The position numbers and the translations under genes are program-made. This document shows, piece after piece, positions 17,968 through 25,991 of a stretch of DNA of 63,496 bases (the stretch's first letter is position 1; every line of letters starts with the position of its first letter). The notes beneath the pieces were generated by a model, which was not told where the DNA came from, did no database searches, and saw only the letters and a list, made by a program, of their open reading frames with translations. This DNA comes from Candidatus Hadarchaeota archaeon (GTDB lineage: Archaea > Hadarchaeota > Hadarchaeia > Hadarchaeales > Hadarchaeaceae), in the NCBI GenBank assembly GCA_964394495.1, contig CAYMXQ010000002.1, positions 1-63,496 on the forward strand, given 5' to 3'.

Positions 17968-18287
17968 GTTGCTCCCTCAACTGAAGTTCGTCCTGTTTTC
18001 TTAATGCCGGTTTGGAAGAGAGAGGTCGCCGAAAAAAATCAACTTAAATTACGTTGCTTTTTGCTTTGTTTCTGTTTTTTCTAGGGTTTATTCCTTTTTT
18101 TGTACGATTCACCCGAAAAAAACTGATTTTTATGTATTTTAGTTAAGTATGTGCTCGATTCAGCCTTTTTGAGTTCAAAATACCGTTATTTGCTTCCTGT
18201 GCATCGCTCCCGACCGACCCCTTTGTTTCCACTGGACTGTAGATAGAATAGATAGAAATAAAGTTATGTTACATTTAATATACTAAT
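17968..18287. promoter_or_regulatory. Second origin-like AT-rich intergenic region with a canonical ORB box
   Basis: 320 nt, strongly AT-rich. On the minus strand, TCCAGTGGAAACAAAGGGG (18218-18236) matches the archaeal ORB pattern (TCCAGTGGAAAC + G-string). Contains copy 2 of the 21-mer. Confidence 0.5.
18020..18040 (+). repeat. 21-nt motif GAGAGGTCGCCGAAAAAAATC, copy 2
   Basis: Identical to 10082-10102, in the same orientation. Confidence 0.85.
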
Positions 18288-18704
18288 ATGTATACTTTAG
18301 AATTCGACACTGGTTGGGCAGCGGGGGTTATAGAAAGCAAAGGCGTTTTCACTGTAAACAAAATCAAGTTCAAGCGAGAAACTAGACACGGGACAAAAAC
18401 TTACCAATACATCAATCCGGCGTTCTATCTCGTAGGAAAGGATCGCTCCGCGTTAGAGGCAGTAAAGAACACTTTGAACATAGGTAAAGTCAATCGCCAC
18501 GGAGCCATCTTTCATCTGAGCGTAAGACGAAAGACGGAGGTCATACGACTAGCAGAATTTTTGGAGGGAAAACTTAGATCGGAACACAAAACCGAACAAT
18601 TCTGGCGGTGGAAAGCACAGGTGTTGGAGTGGAAATCAAGGGCGTGGGGTGCGGGCAGAGACCAAAACCAAGTACAAACGGACAAACTCGCCAAAGGCTT
18701 TTAG
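18288..18704 (+). CDS. Single-motif LAGLIDADG homing-endonuclease-like protein, probably inactive
   Basis: 138 aa. WAAGVIESKGVF aligns to LAGLIDADGSF, with Lys where the catalytic Asp sits. Downstream pattern GKDRSALEAVKNTLNIGKV...IRLAEFLEGKL is typical of the fold. The gene is visibly AT-richer than its neighbours. Confidence 0.6.
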   Translation: MYTLEFDTGWAAGVIESKGVFTVNKIKFKRETRHGTKTYQYINPAFYLVGKDRSALEAVKNTLNIGKVNRHGAIFHLSVRRKTEVIRLAEFLEGKLRSEHKTEQFWRWKAQVLEWKSRAWGAGRDQNQVQTDKLAKGF

Positions 18705-18712
18705 CAGCATAG

Positions 18713-19738
18713 AGCACTTTTTCGTGTGGTGGTGGAACGAAGGAAAGGCTTGGCCTAATTACGCGCGGCACAACCGAGGTCGTCACCGAAACTGAACTAC
18801 AGGCGCTCTTAAAGCAGGAAAAAAAGTTTCTAGCTTACTGTGGGTACGAACCATCTGGCAAGATTCACTTCGGGCACGCCTTGACCGTCCAGAAACTGAT
18901 GGACATCCAAGAGGCCGGGGCTCGCGTCATCGTCTTGCTTGCTGATTTACACGCGTATCTAAACCACAAGGGAACCCTCGAAGAGATCAGGCGGGTGGCG
19001 GAATACAACAAGCACTGTTTCATCGCCCTAGGGCTGGACCCCGGGCGGGCGGAGTTTTTGCTGGGTTCAGATTTTCAGCTTAAGCCAGAGTTCATGACGG
19101 ACGTACTCAAGATGGCCACGGACACTACGTTGCTCAGGGCGCGGCGGTCTATGGCTGAAATCGCGAGGCACTTGAAGGATCCAGACGTAGCGCAGGTGCT
19201 TTATCCACTCATGCAAGCGGTCGATATGGCGCACCTTAAAGTAGACGTGGCAGTTGGGGGGAACGACCAACGCAAGGTGCACATGATAGCGCGTGAGAAA
19301 TTGCCAGCGCTGGGATACAAAAAACCTGTTTGCGTCCATGTCCCGCTTTTGCATGGGACGGACGGCGCAGCCAAAATGTCGTCAAGCAAGGGCAACTTCA
19401 TCGCGATAGACGACGAGCCCCACGTGATAAAACAAAAAATAGAAAAAGCGTTCAGCCCGCCAAAGCAGACGAACGACAACCCCATTGTCGAGTACGCCGA
19501 ACACATCGTTTTGCCTGCTCTAGGTAAACTGGAGATCAAAAGGCTGGAACGTTACGGAGGACCGCTTGGACTAATCGACATAGGCGAGCTCAAAAAACTT
19601 TATGGGGCTGGCCAGCTGCACCCAGCCGACCTGAAGGCAGCAGTGGCGGAAGCGCTCGTCGACGTACTCGCGCCCGTCCGCGCTTACTTCGAAAAACATC
19701 CAAACGCTAGACTCGCAGAGCATTTCAAGGCTCATTAG
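18713..19738 (+). CDS. tyrS: Tyrosyl-tRNA synthetase (open frame given; true start unresolved)
   Basis: HIGH motif (KIHFGH, 18860-18877) and KMSSS motif. Collinear with archaeal TyrRS from ERLGLITRGTTEVV onward. There is no in-frame ATG/GTG/TTG between the stop at 18710 and the TTG at 18881, and that TTG lies downstream of HIGH. Confidence 0.85.
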   Translation, partial: STFSCGGGTKERLGLITRGTTEVVTETELQALLKQEKKFLAYCGYEPSGKIHFGHALTVQKLMDIQEAGARVIVLLADLHAYLNHKGTLEEIRRVAEYNKHCFIALGLDPGRAEFLLGSDFQLKPEFMTDVLKMATDTTLLRARRSMAEIARHLKDPDVAQVLYPLMQAVDMAHLKVDVAVGGNDQRKVHMIAREKLPALGYKKPVCVHVPLLHGTDGAAKMSSSKGNFIAIDDEPHVIKQKIEKAFSPPKQTNDNPIVEYAEHIVLPALGKLEIKRLERYGGPLGLIDIGELKKLYGAGQLHPADLKAAVAEALVDVLAPVRAYFEKHPNARLAEHFKAH

Positions 19739-19795
19739 TTTTCGGCGCTACCCAACCTTTTAAGAGCGAGCCGTCATTAAATTTGGGGCTAGAAC

Positions 19796-20620
19796 ATGAG
19801 AGCGAGGCCGCGTTCGATATCGATCACCTCCGGCAAGGGAGGGACAGGGAAGACCACCCTAACAGCTAACTTAGGCGTGGCGCTCGGTTCGCTTGGGAAA
19901 GACACGACTATACTCGACGCAGATCTCACCATGGCAAACTTGGCGCTGGTCCTCGGGATGCATAAAGTTGAGTCGTCTTTGCTCGACGCGTTGACAGGCA
20001 AGGCCGATGTCGCCGATGTCGTTTACAAAAAGTACGGGATTAAAGTGGTCCCGATGGGGTTCCGGTTTGAGGATGTTCATGACGTGTTTTCTAAGGTGAA
20101 GCGCGAGAGCGTGGAGGAGGTAATAAACGAGCTCCTAAGGCAGACCGAATTTTTGTTGATAGACGCCCCAGCCGGCATCCAGGACGCAACGATAATTTCG
20201 ATTGCAGCGGCACGAGAGATGATCCCCGTATGTAACCCGACATACCCGAGCATTGTGGACTGCTACAAGATCGTGCGGCTGGCGAATGTGTTGGGTTCTT
20301 GGACAAGGGGGCTTGTGGTCAACCGTAGCGGGAAGAAAGCAGACATCTCAACTGGGGAGATCGAGCAGTTCATGGGGCGTGCGTTAGGATCCATGCCGGT
20401 TCTCGCGGGGGTCCCTGAAGACCCGAAAGTCCAAGAGGCCGAGCGGGAGGGGATCCCTGTTGTGGTGTACGAACCCGAGTGCGAGGCGTCGGTTGCGATA
20501 AACGAGCTGGCTAAGGTCGTTTCCGGCGAAGCAGATTTGCCCTATACACCTTACGAGGAGCAGGCCGTCAAGGAAACCACATCTAAACTGATACGGGCGC
20601 TTACCGGCCGCAGCAGGTAG
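19796..20620 (+). CDS. minD: MinD/ParA-family P-loop ATPase
   Basis: 274 aa with the deviant Walker A SGKGGTGKTT. Confidence 0.85.
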   Translation: MRARPRSISITSGKGGTGKTTLTANLGVALGSLGKDTTILDADLTMANLALVLGMHKVESSLLDALTGKADVADVVYKKYGIKVVPMGFRFEDVHDVFSKVKRESVEEVINELLRQTEFLLIDAPAGIQDATIISIAAAREMIPVCNPTYPSIVDCYKIVRLANVLGSWTRGLVVNRSGKKADISTGEIEQFMGRALGSMPVLAGVPEDPKVQEAEREGIPVVVYEPECEASVAINELAKVVSGEADLPYTPYEEQAVKETTSKLIRALTGRSR

Positions 20621-20699
20621 TTCTGGCCTGACTAAGCTGGGGTACTACGCCCCCACTGATGGTTAAGTTGTTATAACGCGGAAATCCACTAAGTTAGCG

Positions 20700-21215
20700 A
20701 TGCCCAGACTAGGTGGTTTGTCCATCGAGGTCAGGCATGGAGACCTCACGAAACAGGCGGCCGATGCGATCTGCAACCCCGCGAGCAGCGGCATGTACAT
20801 GGGAGGCGGTGCGGCGGGGGCGCTGAAGCGAGTAGGCGGCGTGGAGATTGAGCGAGAGGCTTTAAAGCATGCACCGGTACCTGTTGGGAAAGCGGTCGCG
20901 ACAGCAGCTGGCAAGCTAAACGCGAAATGGGTGATACATGCCCCGACAATGGAGCGCCCCGCGATGACCACGACTAGCGAGAAGGTCTATCTGGCGACGA
21001 AGGCAGCTCTCGAGCGCGCGGATTCGGTTGGGTCTAAAAGCATGGTAACCCCAGGCATGGGAACGGGGGTTGGCATGGTCTCGTGTGAAAACGCCGCGCG
21101 AGCGATGGTGAAGGCAATAAAAGAAGTCAGCGAGTCGGCAAAGTCGCTTAAAGAAGTAGTTTTATGTGATTTGGACGAGGAAATGGTCGAAGCTTGGAGG
21201 AACGCTTTAGAGTGA
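20700..21215 (+). CDS. Macro-domain protein (ADP-ribose / O-acetyl-ADP-ribose binding or hydrolase)
   Basis: 171 aa. Motifs DAICNPASS, GGGAAGALK, WVIHAPT. First gene of the lipoylation/gcv operon, 4 nt before lplB. Confidence 0.8.
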   Translation: MPRLGGLSIEVRHGDLTKQAADAICNPASSGMYMGGGAAGALKRVGGVEIEREALKHAPVPVGKAVATAAGKLNAKWVIHAPTMERPAMTTTSEKVYLATKAALERADSVGSKSMVTPGMGTGVGMVSCENAARAMVKAIKEVSESAKSLKEVVLCDLDEEMVEAWRNALE

Positions 21216-21219
21216 TAGA

Positions 21220-21495
21220 ATGCTGTACGCGGAGTTCAAGGCACCTAAGGGCGTGATTAAGGTCGAGTTGGAGATGGCCAACGGCAGGATCTCGCGCGTC
21301 TCCTTAAGCGGAGACTTTTTCATGTATCCCGAGGAGGCGATCGAAGAGTTGGAAAGAGTGCTAGAAGGTGTAGAAGCAAAGAAGGAGGCGTTGCTCGTAG
21401 CGGTCCGAAAATTCTACAGTTTGACCGGTGCTAAAACCCCTATGTTGGAGCCTGAGCACTGGGTCGAGGCCATCATGAGGGCGTCTGGTGGTTAG
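21220..21495 (+). CDS. lplB: Lipoate-protein ligase accessory subunit LplB (stand-alone LplA C-terminal domain)
   Basis: 91 aa. The SLSGDFFMYPEE motif matches the LplA C-terminal domain, as in the split Thermoplasma-type ligase. Confidence 0.75.
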   Translation: MLYAEFKAPKGVIKVELEMANGRISRVSLSGDFFMYPEEAIEELERVLEGVEAKKEALLVAVRKFYSLTGAKTPMLEPEHWVEAIMRASGG

Positions 21496-22254
21496 ATGGA
21501 GTGGCGATTGCTTCCAATGAGAATAGATGATGCGTTCATGAGCATGGCGATTGACGAAGCATTACTAAAACTAAACGCGGAGGGCAGTTCACCAAACACC
21601 GTTCGGTTCTGGCGCTGGTCTCCTTCGGCCGTCTCACTTGGCTGTTTTCAAAGCTTTGAACGTGAGGTAGATTTCGGGGCAGCAAAAAAATACGGCGTCG
21701 ACATCGTCAGGCGAATCACGGGCGGCGGAGCGGTTTTTCATGATCACCAAGGCGAACTCACATACAGCGTGGTTTGCAGACAAAGCGACGTGCCGCATGA
21801 CATAATAGAATCTTACAAGATGATTTGCGGTGGTCTGGTCCAAGGCTTCGGGCAGCTGGGGCTCTGTGCAGAGTTCAAGCCCGTCAACGATATTCAGGTC
21901 GATGGAAAGAAAATTTCTGGCAGCGCCCAGACCAGGAGGTGGGGTTCGGTGTTGCAACATGGCACGATACTCATCTCGCCAGATGTGCGGCAGATGTTCG
22001 AGCTGCTCAAGGTCAGTCCAGAAAAAATCTCTGACAAGTTTATAACGGCAGTTTACGAGCGTGTGACGACAGTCGAACGTAAGCTTGGACGAAAGCCGAG
22101 TTTCGATGAGGTTCGCTGGTCGATGAGCGCTGGGTTCGAGAAGTCGCTTGGGATCGAACTTTACGAGGGGGAGCTAACGAATGAAGAGCTTGAACTCGCG
22201 GCTGAGCTTAAGCCAAAATATTCGTCAGAAACATGGCTGAGGAAACGTAGATGA
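21496..22254 (+). CDS. lplA: Lipoate-protein ligase A catalytic subunit
   Basis: 252 aa. RRITGGGAVFHD motif and the lysine context KISGSAQ. Confidence 0.9.
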   Translation: MEWRLLPMRIDDAFMSMAIDEALLKLNAEGSSPNTVRFWRWSPSAVSLGCFQSFEREVDFGAAKKYGVDIVRRITGGGAVFHDHQGELTYSVVCRQSDVPHDIIESYKMICGGLVQGFGQLGLCAEFKPVNDIQVDGKKISGSAQTRRWGSVLQHGTILISPDVRQMFELLKVSPEKISDKFITAVYERVTTVERKLGRKPSFDEVRWSMSAGFEKSLGIELYEGELTNEELELAAELKPKYSSETWLRKRR

Positions 22255-23177
22255 CCGCAGATATCAAACACGATGCATTTCCAAGGCCAGAAGCCGATCG
22301 TACTTTTTACGCCTGTTACCCACACCCACGTTTCCCGATACTATCGATCACCGGCGACGACTGTGCACTGAGATGTAAGCACTGCGGACGTCGATACTTG
22401 CGTCACATGATTTCTTGCTCCTCCCCCGATGCTTTGCTTAAAAAATGCGTAGAGCTCGCGGCAAATGACGCGCGTGGAGTGCTTCTGAGCGGTGGTTACA
22501 ACAGTGAGGGCTACGTACCGTTTGAGCCGTTCCTAGACGCAGTAGAACGGGTGAAGCGCGAGACTAAGTTATTCATAAGTGCTCACACAGGTCTGGTGCC
22601 GTGTTGGCTTGCGCATGAGTTGGGCAGGGTAGGCGTTGACTTGGCGGATTTCGACCTCATAGGTGATGACGATACTATCGCGCTGGTGCTTGGTGTCGAC
22701 CGTACCGTCGATGACTACCGACGCGCTATGTCAGCGCTCAAACAATCATTGCCCCATGTTTCTCCCCACATATGCATCGGTCTGCACGCAGGTGAGCTTC
22801 GCGGTGAGTCCATGGCGCTTGATATGGCGTTAGAAGCGGAGCCGTCGGTCGTAGTTCTGCTAGTCCTCACGCCGACTCCTGGCGCGGAGTTTGGGGGCCT
22901 GACCGCTCCGTCCATTGAGTCAGTCGAAAATGTGGTAGCCGAGGCTAGGTCAAAGTTCCCTCACTCTCAGCTTGCGCTCGGGTGCATGCGGCCACGCGAT
23001 TCTAAGCGCGTCGATTTCGAGCTCGCAGCTCTGCGGGCGGGCGTAGACCGAATGGAGATCCCCAGCGAACAGACATTGGAAGCAGCGCACAAGCTCGGGT
23101 TTCAAGTGCTGAAGCTCAACGCATGTTGTTCGGTTCCTAATGAATTGGCAGGTGCACCGACTTGGTCGAGTACGTGA
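22251..23177 (+). CDS. Radical SAM protein, LipS1/LipS2-type archaeal lipoyl synthase component
   Basis: 308 aa. CX3CX2C motif (CALRCKHC). ATGA overlap with lplA and followed by a second radical SAM gene. Which of LipS1/LipS2 it is cannot be told by eye. Confidence 0.65.
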   Translation: MTADIKHDAFPRPEADRTFYACYPHPRFPILSITGDDCALRCKHCGRRYLRHMISCSSPDALLKKCVELAANDARGVLLSGGYNSEGYVPFEPFLDAVERVKRETKLFISAHTGLVPCWLAHELGRVGVDLADFDLIGDDDTIALVLGVDRTVDDYRRAMSALKQSLPHVSPHICIGLHAGELRGESMALDMALEAEPSVVVLLVLTPTPGAEFGGLTAPSIESVENVVAEARSKFPHSQLALGCMRPRDSKRVDFELAALRAGVDRMEIPSEQTLEAAHKLGFQVLKLNACCSVPNELAGAPTWSST

Positions 23178-24127
23178 AAGTGGCTTTTGGCACAGGGGCG
23201 GTACTAGGCCTATGGCGCGGACAGCTTGCATCGCCGCCGACCACAGCCCACTTTTTGACATACTATGAGAACCGCTGCAGTGCAAACTGCAAGTTCTGCC
23301 CTCAAGCGCGTGAGAGCACGTCCGGTTTACAAATGCTATCGCGGGTGCTCTGGCCTCGGTTCGAATTTGAGAAAGTCCTCGTGGCATTGGGCAATAATTT
23401 GGATGAGTTCAAACGTGTTTGTGTGCAAGCAGTTAACTATCCACGCATCGTGGAAGAACTATGTGAGATAATAGGAAGGATAAAAAATGTCTGCGATCTT
23501 CCAATTTCAGTGTCCTGCCAACCTCTGGGCGCAAACGACATGAAAAAGCTGGCGGACTCGGGCGCTGAGCGAGTAAGCGTGGCACTCGACGCCGCGACAC
23601 CGGAATTATTCGATAAAATCAAAGGCGACGGTTACACTTGGGATGGGCACATTGAAGCGTTAGATAATGCCAAGGCAATTTTTGGTGATCGTGTTTCGAC
23701 TCATCTCATTGTGGGGCTTGGTGAAACGGAGGAAGAAATGGCGAGGACAATCCAGTTCCTGCACGACCGAGGAATAGCCATCGGTTTGTTTGCGTTCACC
23801 CCCGTCACCGGCACTCCTCTTTCGAGCCGCCCCAAGCCAGATGTAGCTAGCTACCGCAGGATTCAGCTCGCGAGGTTTTTGATAGTTAACGACATGAGCA
23901 GGGCCGAGCGAACACGTTTTGAAAGCGGGCGGATAGTCGACTTAGGGGCCGAGAAAGACCTCTTAGGCAGGGCGATAGCATCGGGTGAGCCATTCCTCAC
24001 GTCAGGGTGCCCAGATTGTAATCGTCCGTTCTACAACGAGTCACCGCGGGGGCCGGTTTACAACTACCCGAGAAAACTAACGTCAAAAGAAATCACAGTT
24101 ATCCAAGGACAGATAGGCAACCTTTAA
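23162..24127 (+). CDS. Radical SAM protein (BioB/LipA-like), LipS1/LipS2-type lipoyl synthase component
   Basis: 321 aa. CX3CX2C motif (CSANCKFC). An alternative GTG start at 23174 gives a GTGA overlap with the upstream stop. Confidence 0.65.
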   Translation: MVEYVKVAFGTGAVLGLWRGQLASPPTTAHFLTYYENRCSANCKFCPQARESTSGLQMLSRVLWPRFEFEKVLVALGNNLDEFKRVCVQAVNYPRIVEELCEIIGRIKNVCDLPISVSCQPLGANDMKKLADSGAERVSVALDAATPELFDKIKGDGYTWDGHIEALDNAKAIFGDRVSTHLIVGLGETEEEMARTIQFLHDRGIAIGLFAFTPVTGTPLSSRPKPDVASYRRIQLARFLIVNDMSRAERTRFESGRIVDLGAEKDLLGRAIASGEPFLTSGCPDCNRPFYNESPRGPVYNYPRKLTSKEITVIQGQIGNL

Positions 24128-24166
24128 ATTTTCTGGCACCAGTTTTAGCGGGTTTGAGGTGATATA

Positions 24167-24592
24167 ATGAAGGTCGGTGGATATGAAATCCAAGAAGGGC
24201 TCTACTACAGCCGAGAACACGAGTGGGTCAAGATTGAAGGCAAACTTGCCCGCGTAGGGATTACGGACTACGCACAGGGCAAACTGGGCGATGTCGTCTA
24301 TGTTGAGCTACCTGACGTGGGGAAGCAGGTCAAGCAGGCAGCCGAGCCCAAGAGTAGGGAAATGGAGCTTGGGGCGGTTGAGTCAATAAAGGCAGTTTCG
24401 GCCGTGTACAGCCCCTTGAGCGGCAAGGTCAAAGAGGTGAACACAGCACTTCGGGAGCGCCCAGAGCTGGTCAACACGAGCCCCTACAAAGAGGGCTGGA
24501 TCTGCGTGCTAGAGCCAAAAGCCATAAACGCCGAGCTCGGGCAGCTGATGGATTCCAAAGCGTACTCTGAATACCTGAAAAAGCTCGGGTAA
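24167..24592 (+). CDS. gcvH: Glycine cleavage system H protein
   Basis: 141 aa with the lipoyl-lysine motif VESIKAVS. Confidence 0.93.
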   Translation: MKVGGYEIQEGLYYSREHEWVKIEGKLARVGITDYAQGKLGDVVYVELPDVGKQVKQAAEPKSREMELGAVESIKAVSAVYSPLSGKVKEVNTALRERPELVNTSPYKEGWICVLEPKAINAELGQLMDSKAYSEYLKKLG

Positions 24593-24602
24593 ACTGATGT
24601 AA

Positions 24603-25991
24603 ATGGCCCACCACTACATCCCGAACACGCGAGAGATAAGGGAGCAGATGCTGCGCGAAATCGGTGTCGCTAGCATCGGTGAGCTCTTTGCGGACATCCC
24701 CCCTGAAATCCGGCTCAAGCGCGGTTTGAAGATTCCCCCTGCAATGTCGGAACTTGATGTCAAGCGCCACGTCCAGTCCATGCTATCAAAAAACAGGCCA
24801 TTCACAAGGACGCCGACCTTTCTAGGTGGAGGGGTCTGGCCTCATCATGTCCCTTCCCACGTGAGAGCAGTGATACAACGCGCCGAGTTTTTGACTTCTT
24901 ACACTCCCTACCAAGCGGAAGCCAGCCAAGGAGTTCTCCAATCATTGTTCGAGTACCAGAGCATGATATGCGAGCTTGTCGGGCTTGAGGTCGCGAACGC
25001 TTCGATGTACGACTGGGCGACTGCGCTTGGAGAAGCAGCGCTAATGTGTGCTCGTGTGACTGGGCGGCGTAAGTTCATAGTGCCAGAGATCATCTCGTGG
25101 GAACGTTTGTCGGTGCTCCGTAACTATGCGCGCGGGCCAGCCCTGAATGTAGTTGGAGTGGGGTACGATCGTCGCACCGGTCAGCTCGACTTGAAACGGC
25201 TCAAAGAGAAGCTAGACAAGGATGTTGCGGGAGTGTACGTAGAGAATCCAAGCTATTTGGGGTTCTTGGAGACGCAGGTGGATGACATCGCCGAAGCCAC
25301 GCATGGCGTTGGGGCCAAGTTCGTGGTGGGGGTCAACCCAGTTTCACTCGGTCTTCTAAAAGGGCCGGGAGATTACGGCGCCGACATTGTTGTGGGGGAG
25401 GGGCAGCCGCTAGGAAATCCGGTAAGCTTTGGCGGACCGTCCCTTGGCATATTCGCCTGTCGCGACGAGGAGAAGCTGGTTCGGCAGCTCCCAGGCCGGC
25501 TGATCGGTATGACGACGACGCTCGAAGGCAATGTGCGGGGGTTTGCAATGACTCTGCAGACTCGTGAGCAGCACATCCGACGAGAACGAGCGACGTCAAA
25601 TATCTGCTCAAACGAGACGCTCTGCGCTGTCGCCGCGGCCATTTACTTATCTTCGCTCGGACCGCAGGGTTTTCGCGAACTGGCTGAGACATGTGCGGCG
25701 AACGCCAAGTACGCGATGGATAGATTAAACGGCATCAAAGGGCTGGAAGTGCCGATTTTTGACTCTCCGCACTTCAACGAGTTCGCATTGAGGTGCAAAA
25801 AACCGAAGCTAACTATCGAGAAATTCAACTCAAAACTTTTGGAACAGGGGGTCCACGGAGGCAAGTCGATCAAAAAAGAGTTTCCAGCGTTAGGTGAGAC
25901 GGCTCTACTCTGTACGACTGAACTGCACACGAAAGAGGATATAGATGGGCTCGTTGAAGCCGCCTCTCGAGCAGTAGGAGGGAGAAAATGA
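24603..25991 (+). CDS. gcvPA: Glycine dehydrogenase (decarboxylating) subunit 1
   Basis: 462 aa with a typical split P-protein alpha subunit N-terminus (HYIPNT...). Confidence 0.93.
   Translation: MAHHYIPNTREIREQMLREIGVASIGELFADIPPEIRLKRGLKIPPAMSELDVKRHVQSMLSKNRPFTRTPTFLGGGVWPHHVPSHVRAVIQRAEFLTSYTPYQAEASQGVLQSLFEYQSMICELVGLEVANASMYDWATALGEAALMCARVTGRRKFIVPEIISWERLSVLRNYARGPALNVVGVGYDRRTGQLDLKRLKEKLDKDVAGVYVENPSYLGFLETQVDDIAEATHGVGAKFVVGVNPVSLGLLKGPGDYGADIVVGEGQPLGNPVSFGGPSLGIFACRDEEKLVRQLPGRLIGMTTTLEGNVRGFAMTLQTREQHIRRERATSNICSNETLCAVAAAIYLSSLGPQGFRELAETCAANAKYAMDRLNGIKGLEVPIFDSPHFNEFALRCKKPKLTIEKFNSKLLEQGVHGGKSIKKEFPALGETALLCTTELHTKEDIDGLVEAASRAVGGRK

Noticed and set aside
18881-19738. TTG at 18881 (ORF-track start) as the real tyrS start.
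   Set aside because: It would delete the HIGH motif and the first roughly 55 conserved residues, although the upstream frame is open and clearly TyrRS-like.
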